Assembly (NCBI GenBank): GCA_963723515.1
Contig: CAVRQT010000003.1
Location: 416,001 to 480,000, forward strand
Length of the DNA stretch: 64,000 nt
Source of the DNA: Vulcanimicrobiota bacterium
Lineage (GTDB): Bacteria; Vulcanimicrobiota; Vulcanimicrobiia; Vulcanimicrobiales; Vulcanimicrobiaceae
Reading direction: 5' to 3'
Below are positions 53,677 to 64,000 of this stretch, one piece after another (the first letter of the stretch is position 1; every line of letters starts with the position of its first letter). The notes below the pieces were generated by a model. It searched no databases and was not told the origin of the DNA. It saw nothing but the letters and a program-made list of their open reading frames with translations. The translations under genes and the position numbers were made by a program.

Positions 53677-55674
53677 TTAGCGGCTTACGGTTGCGAATCG
53701 CTCCGAAGCGACTTTCGCGATGTTTTCCGGCGTGAATCCATATGCTTTGGCGATGTCTGCGGCAGGCGCCGATGCCCCGAAGTGATCGATGCCGAAGGCA
53801 AATCCTCGGTCGCCGACCCAGCGCTCCCATCCGAGCGTCGCGCCGGCTTCGATCGACATCCGTCCACGAACATCCGGCGGCAAGACCGAATCGCGATACG
53901 CCTCCGGCTGGGCCGCAAAAAGTTCCCACGACGGCATCGAGACAACGCGCGTGCGCGTTCCTTGGTTTTCGAGCAACTTTGCGGCTTCGACGGCCAAGTG
54001 CACCTCCGAGCCGGTCGCGATGAAGATCAACTCCGGCGTTCCCTCGCACTCGACGAGCACGTAGGCGCCTCGCGCGACGTCGGCGTTGCGTTCGCCGAGG
54101 AAGGGAACTTTTTGGCGCGTCAGCACGAGCATCCACGGCCCGGTGCGCGGCTGAATCATCAGCTTCCATGCTTCGAGCGATTCGAGCGCATCGGCGGGAC
54201 GGATCAACGTCATGTTGGGCAGTGCGCGAAAGGTGGCGAGTTGCTCGATCGGCTGGTGCGTCGGACCATCTTCGCCCAAAAAGACGCTGTCGTGCGTGAG
54301 GACGTAGAGCGCGCGGGCTTTCGTGATCGCGGCCAGGCGCATCGAAGGCTTCATGTAGTCCGTAAAGTTGAAGAACGTCGCGCCGAACGGCAGCAGTCCA
54401 CCGTGCATCGCGATGCCGTTGTTGATGGCGGCCATCCCATGCTCGCGTACGCCGTAGTGAATGTTGCGGCCGGCGTACGAACCCGGCTCGAAATCGCCGA
54501 AGTCCTTCAAATACGTCTTCGTCGAGGGATCGAGATCCGCGGAGCCGCCGACGAGCTCCGGCAGCGCGCCGGCGATTGCGTTCATGACCGTTCCGCCCGA
54601 TTCACGCGTCGCAACGTTCAGTTCATCGGGCTTGAGCGTTGGCCACGGAATCTGCGCCGGCAGCCCTCCGGCTAAGCAGCGCTCAAATTGCTTTGCGAGC
54701 TGCGGTTCTTGTGCTTTCCAGGACTCGTATTGTGACTGCCACTGCGCTTCGAGTTGCTCGCCCTTTGCGCCGGCCTCACGATAGAACCGCAAAACGTCAT
54801 CCGGAACATAGAAATCGGGCTGCAGCGGCCAGCCAAGTTTTTCTTTCGTCTCCTTGACCGCTTCGGGTCCGAGCGGCTCGCCATGTGCCTTGAACGTATC
54901 TTGCTTCGGAGAGCCGTAGCCGATGTGCGTTCGAATGGCGATGAACGAGGGCCGGTCGGTTACCGCCTTGGCCGCGACGATCGCGCGGTCGACCGATTCA
55001 ACGTCATTTCCGTGGTGGATGTCGACGAGTTCGGTATGCCAGCCATACGATTGAAAGCGCAGCAAGTGCTCGTCCGTGAAGGTGATGTCGGTTGGTCCGG
55101 CGAGCGAAACTTTGTTGTCGTCGTAGAGCACGATGAGCTTACCGAGCCGATGGTGTCCCGCAAACGATGCCGCCTCATGCGAGAGGCCTTCCATCAAATC
55201 CCCGTCGCTTGCGATGCAATAGGTATGGTGATCGACGATCTTGATGTCGCGATTGTATACCGCCGCCATATGCGCTTCCGCGACCGCCATGCCGACCGCA
55301 TTGCCGACGCCTTGACCGAGCGGGCCGGTCGTGACCTCGACGCCCGGCGTATGGTGGTACTCCGGATGGCCCGGCGTCTTGCTGCCGAGTTGACGGAAGT
55401 GCTTGATGTCCTCGAGCGAGAGATCGTAGCCCGTCAAATACAAGAGCGCGTAGAGCAGCATCGAGCCGTGTCCGGCGCTTAAGATAAAGCGGTCGCGATC
55501 GAACCACTGCGGATCTTTGGGGTTGAAGCGCAGGTGTCTCGTCCAAAGCGTATATGCGAAGGCTGCGGCGCCAAGCGGAAGTCCGGGATGACCCGAGTTG
55601 GCTTTTTGGACCGCGTCAACGCTCAAGAAGCGTATCGCATCGATCCGTTGTTCGACTTCAGGAGTATTCGGCAA
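53677..55674 (-). CDS. tkt: Transketolase
   Basis: ANSGHPG, DRF.LSAGHGSM, TTGPLGQG, DGDLMEG, GVREH, THDS..LGEDGPTHQP; GAGGAG RBS. Confidence 0.97.
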   Translation of the reverse strand: MPNTPEVEQRIDAIRFLSVDAVQKANSGHPGLPLGAAAFAYTLWTRHLRFNPKDPQWFDRDRFILSAGHGSMLLYALLYLTGYDLSLEDIKHFRQLGSKTPGHPEYHHTPGVEVTTGPLGQGVGNAVGMAVAEAHMAAVYNRDIKIVDHHTYCIASDGDLMEGLSHEAASFAGHHRLGKLIVLYDDNKVSLAGPTDITFTDEHLLRFQSYGWHTELVDIHHGNDVESVDRAIVAAKAVTDRPSFIAIRTHIGYGSPKQDTFKAHGEPLGPEAVKETKEKLGWPLQPDFYVPDDVLRFYREAGAKGEQLEAQWQSQYESWKAQEPQLAKQFERCLAGGLPAQIPWPTLKPDELNVATRESGGTVMNAIAGALPELVGGSADLDPSTKTYLKDFGDFEPGSYAGRNIHYGVREHGMAAINNGIAMHGGLLPFGATFFNFTDYMKPSMRLAAITKARALYVLTHDSVFLGEDGPTHQPIEQLATFRALPNMTLIRPADALESLEAWKLMIQPRTGPWMLVLTRQKVPFLGERNADVARGAYVLVECEGTPELIFIATGSEVHLAVEAAKLLENQGTRTRVVSMPSWELFAAQPEAYRDSVLPPDVRGRMSIEAGATLGWERWVGDRGFAFGIDHFGASAPAADIAKAYGFTPENIAKVASERFATVSR

Positions 55675-55818
55675 CGTCGTCTCCTCGTTGCGGCGGTTGG
55701 CTTTTCTGCAAAGGGGCGGTAAGTGTTCGCTTGCGGTAATGATTTTCTTACCCACGTGTGCGGACGCGAAAATTTCTCGCCGCGGGATTGGGCTTTACGA
55801 CCGCCGTAACCGAGGCGG

Positions 55819-56640
55819 ATGGATGCCGCCGACCTCAAAGCGCGCATCGAGCAGCTTCTGAGCGACCACGTCGACCCGCGGTCGCCGGAAGCGGAAGCGA
55901 TCGACGACGTGATTGCCGGGCTCGACTCGGGCGCCTTGCGCGTCTGCGAGCCTCGCAACGGCCGATGGCTTACGCACGGGTGGATCAAAGAAGCGATCCT
56001 CCTCTACTTTGCGCGCCGCGAAGCGGCGGTCATTGAAGCGGGTTCAGCGCTGCATTTCTACGACAAACTTCCTTTAAAGCAGGACTACGCCGCCGCCGGC
56101 GTGCGATGCGTTCCGCCGGGCGTCGCCCGCTATGGGTCGTTCCTCGGGCGCGGCACGATTCTGATGCCGGGATACGTCAACATCGGCGCGTACATCGGCG
56201 AAAACTCGATGATCGATACGTGGGCGACCGTCGGCTCCTGCGCTCAGATCGGCAGCAACGTTCACCTCTCGGGCGGCGTTGGAATCGGCGGCGTGCTGGA
56301 GCCGTCGCAAGCGCAGCCCGTCATCGTTGAAGATGGCGCCTTCATCGGTTCACGCTGCATCATCGTCGAAGGCGTGCACGTCGAGCGGGAAGCGGTACTC
56401 GGGGCGGGCGTCGTTTTGACCGCAAGCACGCCGATCGTCGACGTGCGAGGCGCTGCAGCGAAGACGACCAAAGGACGCGTCGCATCGCGCGCGATCGTCA
56501 TCCCCGGAATGTTGCCGAAGAAGTTTGCCGCGGGTGAGTTCTCGACGCCGTGCGCGCTCGTGATCGGAACGCGCGACGAATCGACCGATAGCAAGACGTC
56601 GCTCAATGCTGCGCTTCGCGACTATGAGGTCGCGGTTTGA
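55819..56640 (+). CDS. dapD: Tetrahydrodipicolinate N-succinyltransferase
   Basis: W.KEAILLYF, YVNIGAY, MIDTWATVGSCAQIG.NVHLSGGVGIGGVLEP, LN.ALR. Confidence 0.95.
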   Translation: MDAADLKARIEQLLSDHVDPRSPEAEAIDDVIAGLDSGALRVCEPRNGRWLTHGWIKEAILLYFARREAAVIEAGSALHFYDKLPLKQDYAAAGVRCVPPGVARYGSFLGRGTILMPGYVNIGAYIGENSMIDTWATVGSCAQIGSNVHLSGGVGIGGVLEPSQAQPVIVEDGAFIGSRCIIVEGVHVEREAVLGAGVVLTASTPIVDVRGAAAKTTKGRVASRAIVIPGMLPKKFAAGEFSTPCALVIGTRDESTDSKTSLNAALRDYEVAV

Positions 56641-57855
56641 ATCCGCGCGTCCGCGCGATCGGCGGATCGCTCATCCGCGAGATTGCGGCCAAACGTAAAG
56701 CGGGCTCGATCGATCTCGGTCTCGGCGAGCCGTCGCTTCTTGCCGACGACAAAATATTTGGCGGCGGCGCTGCAGCGCACGGAGCGAGAAGGCTTGCGTT
56801 ACACCGTAAATGCCGGCGATCCCGAACTGCGCCGCGCAATTGCCGAGCATTACGCCTACCCCGGCTATACGCACGCCAACAACGTCTGCATGATGACGGG
56901 ATCTCAAGAAGCAGTCTATGTGACGCTCAAGACACTGCTCGATCCGGCGAAAGATCAGATGCTGCTCGTCGAGCCTGCCTTTCCGGCGTACGCGAAGATG
57001 GCGCGTCTCGAAGGCGTCGAGCTGCGCACCGTCTCGATGGATGAGAGAGACGACTTTGCCTTCGATGCGCAACGCATCGTAGATGCCTTAAACGAGCGCA
57101 CGCGGCTCATCGTTTTTTGCTCGCCATCCAATCCGAGCGGGCGCGTCATTCGCAAGAGCGCGGCTGAAGAGTTAGCCAACGCGCTGCTTGCCAGATCCGG
57201 CGAGCCGGTTTACGTGCTGCACGACGAAATCTATCGCGAACAGACGTACATCGCCGATCCGGGCCACATGGCGGCGATCTATCCGTATACGATCGTGACG
57301 AACTCGCTCTCAAAGAGCAATGCACTGACCGGATTGCGCTTGGGCTGGACCATTGCGCCGCATCCGGTCGCCGATGCGATCGTGAAAGCGCATGCGTGGG
57401 TCACTTCGGCGGCGAGCACGTTCGCGCAACGTGTCGCATACGAGATCTTTCAAACGCCCGGCGCCTTGCAGGAGCACAAGGCGTGGTATCGCGAGCAGTG
57501 CAGTGCCGCCGTGGGCGCTCTGGATGCAAGCGGATTTCGCTACATCACGCCGGACGGTTCTTTTTATGCCTGCATCAAGTTGCCGGATGGCGTCGAGTCG
57601 TTACCTGCCGCGCACGAATTGGCGGATCGTTTCGACGTGATCGCGATTCCCGGCGTCGCTTTCGGTGAATGTTTTGAAGGGTGGCTACGCTTGAGTTGGG
57701 TCGCGCCTCTCGATCAGCTGCGCGAAGGTTTGACTCGCATTTCGGAATTTTGCGCCAACTTAATGACGCGGCAAAGCGTTACCTGGGTGCGAAAGCGTCG
57801 CCGGGCGCTGAGGATGAGCAGCGCGGACATTGGGGCGACGCATTCAAGATGCTGA
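56637..57855 (+). CDS. PLP-dependent aminotransferase class I/II (DapC candidate), frameshifted near 56750
   Basis: DLGLGEP, Y....G..ELR.AIA, SPSNPSG, DEIY, SLSK...TGLRLGW. The true stop may be near 57763. Confidence 0.85.
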
Positions 57856-57862
57856 AGGCAGT

Positions 57863-59261
57863 CTAACCGCCTTTTGCCGGGCCGACCCAGACCGTTTGGA
57901 TGTTGACGAACTCGTGAATGCCGTGGTGACTTAATTCGCGGCCGTACCCGCTGCGCTTGACGCCGCCGAACGGCAAGCGCGGATCGCTTGCCATGACGCC
58001 GTTGATGAAGACGCTGCCCGACTCAATTTGCGCCGCCAATTTGATGGCGCGCTCGGTATCCCGGCTCCAGATCGTGCCGCCGAGACCGAATGTCGTGTCG
58101 TTGGCGAGCGCAACGGCGGTTTGGGCATCCTTTGCGCGCGTCACCGCAGCCGCGGGACCGAACGTCTCCTCGGTAAAGGCCGGCATATCGTCCGCGACGT
58201 CGGCGAGAACCGTCGGCTCGTAGAAGAAGCCCGGGCGCCCCACGGATTTGCCGCCCGTAACGATTCGTGCACCGCGCTCTACCGATGCGCGAACTTGGCG
58301 GTCCAGCGCGTCGCGCAAATCTTCGCGCGCCAGCGGCCCCAATTGCGTTGCGCGATCCATCGGATCGCCGATTTTCTGCGCGCGTGCCGCCTCGGCAAAT
58401 TGTTGCACGAAGTCATCGTAAACGCCGTCTTCAACGATAAAGCGCTTCGCGGCGATGCAGCTTTGGCCGGCATTTTGAAAGCGGGATCGGATTGCCGCAT
58501 CGACTGCGGCCGGTAAATCGGCATCCGCCAGGACGATGAAGGGATCGGAACCGCCGAGTTCGAGCACCGTCTTCTTTAAATGCCGTCCGGCGGTTGATGC
58601 GATTGAAACGCCGGCGCCTTCGCTTCCGGTCAGCGTCGCGGCCGCGATCCGCGTATCGGCGAGCAACTCCGCGACACGGTCGCTGTGCAACAGGAGCGTC
58701 GTGAACAGCCCCTGCGGCGCGCCGCTTTCTTCGAACATCTCCTCGATTTGCAACGCGCAGCGTGAGACATTGGACGCATGCTTGAGCACCATCACATTGC
58801 CGGCCATCAGCGCCGGAGCGGCGGCGCGAAAGACCTGCCAGAACGGAAAGTTCCACGGCATGACGGCGAGGATAACGCCGAGCGGTCGAAACGCGACGAA
58901 GCTGCGGGTCGCATTCGTGGCGACGCTCTCATCGCTCAAGAAACGCTCGGCACTCTCCGCGTAGAATTCGCAGCACCACGCGCACTTTTCAATCTCGGCG
59001 ATCGATTGCGCGATCGGCTTGCCCATTTCACGGGTGGCGGTGCCGGCGAATTCTTCGTTGCGCGATCGCAGCGTGCGCGCCGTGGCGCGCAGAATCTCGG
59101 CGCGTTCCGCGAAACTTCGTGCGCGCCACTCGCGCTGAAAGGCTGACCGCGCGTTCGATCTTCGCCGCGACGTCACTTGGTGGCGTGTAGTCAAAGCGCT
59201 CCAGCGGCTCGCCGGTTGACGGATCGATCGTTTGAATGTTCGCGACGGCAGTTTGCATCAT
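57863..59261 (-). CDS. NAD(P)-dependent succinate-semialdehyde dehydrogenase (Sad/GabD1 type), frameshifted near 59150-59180
   Basis: EMGKP..Q...E.EKC, VMPWNFP.WQVFR, TGSE.AG, LELGGSD, NAGQSCIAAKRF, EETFGP, FGGVK.SGYGREL. Confidence 0.9.
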
Positions 59262-61947
59262 AGTAACGCTCTTTGTGACCACGGCCCGGAAGGACCCGCG
59301 TAAATTTCGATCATCCCGTTCGGATGCAGATATTTGCGCGCGACGCGCTCCAGATCGGCGGCGGTTATGCGCTGGTAACGGTCGTTCAGCGTCGCATAGT
59401 AGTTGAGCGGCAAGCCGAACCGCGCCAAATTCTGCAGCTCCTGGAGTTGGTTTCCCGGGGACTCCTCTTCAAGCAACGCATCGGAGATCAGGCGCGTCTT
59501 GGCTTGCGCAAGTTCGGCGGCGCTGACCGGTTCGCGCTGCAGACGCAAGAGCTCAGTGCGCACGAACCGCACCGCCGGGACGACGTTTTGCGGCGCCGCT
59601 GAAAGCACGATCGAGAAATCGCCGCGATCGCGATCCGCATTGACCTTGCTCGTTACGTTGTAAATCAGCCCACGCTTCTGGCGCAGCTCGTTCATCAAGC
59701 GCGATTCGAATGAATCCGGCCCAGCGATGATCTGGCTCAGAAGCGTGAATGCATCGTAATCGGGATTGGTACGCGGCATCACCGCATGCCCGAGCTTGAT
59801 GAAGACGTTGTTCGCGTCCGTTCCGATGTACGCGTGCGCACTGTGCGGCGTAGGCAAGGCCGGCTCGTGCGTCATGGGAGTCGAACCGTCGGTCGACCAC
59901 TGGCCGAAAAATTCGTTGACGGCGCTACGCGCTTGCGCGAGCGAGATGTTCCCGACAATTGACATCGTCGTCAGATCAGGGCGCCAATATCGCCGGGTGA
60001 AATCAAGAAGATCCGCGCGCGTCAGTTGGCGATGCTCTGTTGCGTCGGAAACCGCAAGCTGGGGTCGTTCGGCGCGAGCAGCAGCTGCAAGTAGGCGCGG
60101 TCGATCGCCTCACCGGAGATATTTTGCTCTTGGGTGATGCTGCTTGCGAGCTGATCCCGTTCTTGAACGAAGTAGCGATCGGGAAACGTCGGATGCTGCT
60201 CGGCATCCGCGAGAATGCGCAACATCTCGTCAAAATCTTTCGCCAGACCTCGCGCCGAGAACGTTTGTCCGAAGTTGATCTCCGCCCCGAGCGCATCGAT
60301 CGCTGCGCGTTGCGCCGCGAAGTCGTAATGCTCGCTGCCGAAATTCGCAACATCGGATGCTAGCCGTGCGATGCCGGCCTTGCCCTCGGGTTCGAACCTG
60401 GCTGCACCGTCGATAACACCGCGAATCGTCACCGTCGGTCGATCGGGCCGCGGTTGCCAAAGTACCGTCAAACCGTTTGCGAGCCGAAAACGCACCGGCG
60501 CAAGCTTGCTGCGCGCGGTCGTCGGTGCGCGTAGCTCTTGGGCGGTCAGGCGCGGCATCGTAATCGGACCATTTGGAACGCGTGAACTGAAGTTGTCGCT
60601 CGCGCCGGAAGTGATCTTTTGCGAGCGGCCTGCCGGCGGCTGCGCGCTCGGGCTCAAGCGCCCGATGACCGTCGGCGCGCTCAAATATTGCCGCGCGGCT
60701 TGGTTGATACCCTCGGTCGTGAGGGCAGCGAGCCGCTGATCCTCATCGCTAACGCGCTCCCCGACGATGCCATAGGTGTAGCCGACCAAATCCGCCAGAC
60801 CGCCGATCGAATCGGTGTCAAGAATTCGCTCCGCAATTGTGGCGCGTTTTGCGGCCGCAACCAAATCCGGATCGAAGCCGTGTTGCAGTGCCTGCTGCAT
60901 CGCATTGAGGAAAAGCGTTTGCGCCTCGGTTGCGGTTCGTCCCGGATTCACGACGATGAAGACGTGCATCAGTCCGCCACGCAACTGCGTGTCCGCATTC
61001 GCCGTTACCGCAAGCGCGGCGCTGCTTTCAACCAGCGCTCGGTAAAACGGCCCGCGCTCGTTGTTGATCAGTGTCGCCAGCGTGCTGACGGCCGGTTCGC
61101 CGGGCTCAGAATCGCCCGGAACCGCGTACGCGATGTCGATGACATCGTACGGAAACGGAAACGGCGATGAGACGGACTTGCCTGATGCGGCGATCGGATG
61201 CTGCGACGGGCGCGGCGGCAGCGTCTTGGCGGCGATGTTTCCAAATCGCCGTTGTGCGAGATCGAAGACACGTCTCGCATCGACGTCTCCGGTGACGACC
61301 AGCGTCGCGTTGTTGGGCGCGTACCATTCGCGGTAGTAGCGCGCGATGTCTGAGGCTTGTGCGCGCGCGACATCCGCACGCCGGCCCAACGGCGTCAAAC
61401 CGGCCGAAGAATTCGGAAAGGCCGCCGCGCGTACGTCGGAAAGCAGACTGAAGAACGGCGAACTGGAATCGCCGTCAATTTCGGAGAGCACGGCGCCGCG
61501 TTCGATGCGCCACTGAGACTCTTCGATCAGCGCGCGTTGCATGCGATCCGCCTCAATGGTCAATGCGACGTCGAGCTTGTCGGCCGGCATCACGAAGAAG
61601 AAGTGCGTGTAGTCGTACGTCGTCTCGGCATTCATCTGCGCGCCCAGCCGCGCCACGATCGCGTCGAGGCCGCCCGACGAAATATGCGCGCTGCCGCGGA
61701 ACATCATATGTTCGAGCGCATGTGCGAGGCCGGTTCGTCCGGGCACTTCGTACAGTGAGCCGAAGCGATACCACACGGACGTCTGCACGACCGCCGCCGC
61801 ATGATCTTCAACAACGAGAACGCGCAGGCCGTTGGCGAGCGTCTTCGTTGCAACTTGCGGCTGCGCGGTCACCAGCTGTGCCCCGGCGCTGCGGCTGTTG
61901 AGAATTGCAGCCGCAATCAAGAGGCCGGCTATCAGCGTTTTGAACAT
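59258..61947 (-). CDS. Secreted M16 (PqqL-like) zinc peptidase with two halves, frameshifted near 60025
   Basis: Signal peptide; LANGL.V, GLAHALEHMMFRG (HxxEH), WYAPNNA, a second LANGL, SRL..ELRQKRGL.Y. Confidence 0.88.
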
Positions 61948-61948
61948 C

Positions 61949-62407
61949 TTAGGCTTGGGTCGCAAGCAGATGCATCGTCTGCTTGAGGTCGGAGGCGTCG
62001 ATTCCAAGGTGTTCGCTGATGCGCAGCAAGAGCGCCTCCTGAGCCTGGTCATGGTAAAGCAAGCGTGAAATCGAATCATGGTCCGCTTCAGCGCGCAACT
62101 CGTCGTGCTGTGACGACTGTTTTTGCGCGACGGCGATCACGAAGATCAAGATCAGCTGCAAAATGTTCGAGCACGTCAGCAAGAAGGCAAACGGATATGG
62201 GTCCCACCTCGTGATCATGCCCACGCCGACCCAGCCGATCTGAACGATGATGGCCAGCATCAATGCAAGCGGCGCACCGGTTGCGTCGGCGATTCGCTTA
62301 CACGTTTTCTCGATGGCGCTTAGCTGCGCTTGATGTTGGGCGTTGACGTCATCGACGAGCGGGTGCTCCTCAAACGCGGTGGGAGCCAGCGTCGCGGTTT
62401 GATTCAT
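61949..62407 (-). CDS. DUF1003 family membrane protein
   Basis: WDPYPF.FL, Q......I..AQ.Q....D..RAE.D. Confidence 0.8.
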   Translation of the reverse strand: MNQTATLAPTAFEEHPLVDDVNAQHQAQLSAIEKTCKRIADATGAPLALMLAIIVQIGWVGVGMITRWDPYPFAFLLTCSNILQLILIFVIAVAQKQSSQHDELRAEADHDSISRLLYHDQAQEALLLRISEHLGIDASDLKQTMHLLATQA

Positions 62408-62420
62408 CAGATGTCCCCTT

Positions 62421-63287
62421 TTATGTCTGCGAGAGGCCTAAGTAATAGCACGCCGTCTCATGGACTGCGGCGGCCGGCACGCAGCCGATCAATTCCGAGC
62501 GCGCGATTGAGACGCCGTCTTCGGCGGCAAGGGCTCGAATCAATTCGACGACGCGATACAGCGGCGTTGCGCGGTAATCGGTGAGGTTAAGCGAGACTTG
62601 AACGACCCCTGAGCTTGTCGAAGGGTCGCTGCGTTGAAAACCGAGGGCCCGCAACGTTCGCAAGCCGCCATCGCGCGCGCGAATGACCTTAGCAATTCGA
62701 GCCGCGACGCTGCGATCGGCCGTTGCGAGCTCGACGTTGAAGGCAACCAGAATTTCGCGCGCGCCGATCGCGATCGCGCCCGCGGTGTCGTGCGCTTGCG
62801 GATCGCCAAAATCCGGGCGCCACTCCGGGCGCTCGAAGCGGCGCTGTAGCCCCTCGAATTGTCCGGTGCGAACCGCGGAAAGATCTCGGCGCGCCGGCGT
62901 TGCCGCGGCTTCGCCATATAAAAAGGAAGGAATGCGAAACTGTTTCCAGATGCGCTCGGCGCAATCTCGGGCGAGGGCAACCGCTTCGGACATCGGCGCA
63001 TCACGCAACGGAACGAAGGGCAGCACGTCGAGCGCGCCGATCCGCGGGTGAACGCCGCGGTGTGTCCGCATGTCGATCAAGGTGCTCGCCGTACCGGCGA
63101 GAGCGACGCCGGCATCGCGCACGCTTCGGTAATCTCCAACGATTGTCAACACGCTGCGATTGTGGACGGGGTCGCTCGTCCGGTGCAGTACGCGTGCTCC
63201 AGCGTCGGCAACGGCGGCAATGCACGCGTCGATCACCTCGCTGCGCCTGCCTTCCGAGATGTTGGGGACGCTTTCGAAGAGTACCAT
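62421..63287 (-). CDS. ftcD: Glutamate formimidoyltransferase (no cyclodeaminase domain)
   Basis: ESVPNISEGR, D..HNRSV.T, IDMRTH.GVHPR.GA.DV.PFVP, GAR..LVAFN, QVS.NL, SELIG..P. Confidence 0.92.
   Translation of the reverse strand: MVLFESVPNISEGRRSEVIDACIAAVADAGARVLHRTSDPVHNRSVLTIVGDYRSVRDAGVALAGTASTLIDMRTHRGVHPRIGALDVLPFVPLRDAPMSEAVALARDCAERIWKQFRIPSFLYGEAAATPARRDLSAVRTGQFEGLQRRFERPEWRPDFGDPQAHDTAGAIAIGAREILVAFNVELATADRSVAARIAKVIRARDGGLRTLRALGFQRSDPSTSSGVVQVSLNLTDYRATPLYRVVELIRALAAEDGVSIARSELIGCVPAAAVHETACYYLGLSQT
62603..62628 (+). repeat. REP-like palindrome inside the ftcD coding sequence
   Basis: CGACCCCTGAGCTTGTCGAAGGGTCG; the core matches the intergenic copies and translates as DPSTSSGV on the minus strand. 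Confidence 0.85.
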
Positions 63288-63289
63288 CC

Positions 63290-64000
63290 TTATGAAAGCG
63301 CGGCTTGTATGGCTTGCCCGATGTCGGCGTGGGATTCCGACGAGAGCAGCGTTCGAAAACCGAGCCGGCGTGCTTCGCCGGCGCGGCGCGCCGCGGCGTG
63401 AACTGCGCGGATTTCCCCGGAGAGACCTAACTCGCCGAAGGCAACGGTCTCTTGCGCGAGCGGAACGTTACGAAAGGCCGACGCAACGGCCAACGCGATG
63501 CCAAGATCGGCGGCGGGCTCGTTGATGCGCAGTCCGCCGGCGACCGAAGCATAGACATCATATTGACCCAAATGCATGCCGGCGCGTCGTTCCAGCACGG
63601 CCAACACCATCGCCAAGCGCGCTTGGTCTAGGTTAGCAGCCAATCTCCGCGGCGTTCCGTATGCGGTTTCGCCGACGAGCGCTTGAATCTCGATCAGAAT
63701 CGGTCGCGATCCCAGAATGCCGGCAACCACGCACGATCCGCTCGGACGCTCTTTGCGGCCAGAGAGAAAGAGTTCCGATGGATTCGCGACTTCGTGCAAA
63801 CCGTCATCGTGCATTGAGAAGACGCAGATCTCATCGATGCCGCCGAAGCGGTTCTTGTACGCGCGAACGATTCGAAGTTCGCCGCTGTTCTCGCCTTCGA
63901 AGTAAAGCACGGTATCAACGAGGTGCTCCAGCAAGCGTGGCCCGGCGATTGCGCCGTCCTTGGTCACGTGTCCGACAAGAAAGGTCGCGCAATCGTTCTG
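63290..64000 (-). CDS. radA: DNA repair protein RadA, C-terminal part
   Basis: GHVTKDG.IAGPR.LEHLVDTVLYFEG, KNRFG, V.NPSELFL, EPAADL, GE.GL.GEIR; runs off the window edge. Confidence 0.95.
   Translation of the reverse strand, partial: QNDCATFLVGHVTKDGAIAGPRLLEHLVDTVLYFEGENSGELRIVRAYKNRFGGIDEICVFSMHDDGLHEVANPSELFLSGRKERPSGSCVVAGILGSRPILIEIQALVGETAYGTPRRLAANLDQARLAMVLAVLERRAGMHLGQYDVYASVAGGLRINEPAADLGIALAVASAFRNVPLAQETVAFGELGLSGEIRAVHAAARRAGEARRLGFRTLLSSESHADIGQAIQAALS

Noticed and set aside
53647..54675. Long antisense ORFs (342 aa here, also 26480-27367 and 34089-34949)
   Set aside because: They lie opposite well-supported genes and are the Arg-rich shadows expected in GC-rich DNA.

Overview
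A GC-rich (~60%) bacterial chromosome segment that is mostly core metabolism and densely coded. The organism is diderm (it has TolC); the gene repertoire and style suggest Vulcanimicrobiota/Eremiobacterota, which is my inference only. Recognisable blocks are: a peptidoglycan-recycling operon (ABC ATPase-nagZ-serine hydrolase-anmK-murQ-DUF4127); propionyl/methylmalonyl-CoA and fatty-acid genes (mce, split mutase, biotin carboxylase-BCCP, epsilon-like subunit, fabI, carboxyltransferase); clpC; a WYL regulator; hutH-VOC-hutU-hutI-hutF-like; TetR-EmrA-TolC; a full pentose-phosphate operon (tkt, tal-pgi fusion, gnd, zwf, opcA, pgl); dapD plus an aminotransferase; and radA-ftcD-DUF1003-M16 peptidase-sad. 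About 15 genes are split by small indels, most likely long-read assembly error. I saw no transposase, integrase, CRISPR array, rRNA or tRNA. Two signals stand out as unexplained. (1) An unannotated ~200-nt structured RNA candidate (33795-33995, minus strand) has its own sigma70-like promoter, repeated UAA-loop hairpins and an intrinsic terminator; it converges on the WYL gene and has DnaA-box-like motifs upstream. (2) A family of small palindromic repeats (TGTCA-nnn-TGAGCTTGTCGAA-nnn) nests inside itself, twice carries a GCCTG-tagged sub-element at the same loop position, forms a tandem run before the TetR promoter, and occurs in frame inside the ftcD coding sequence.
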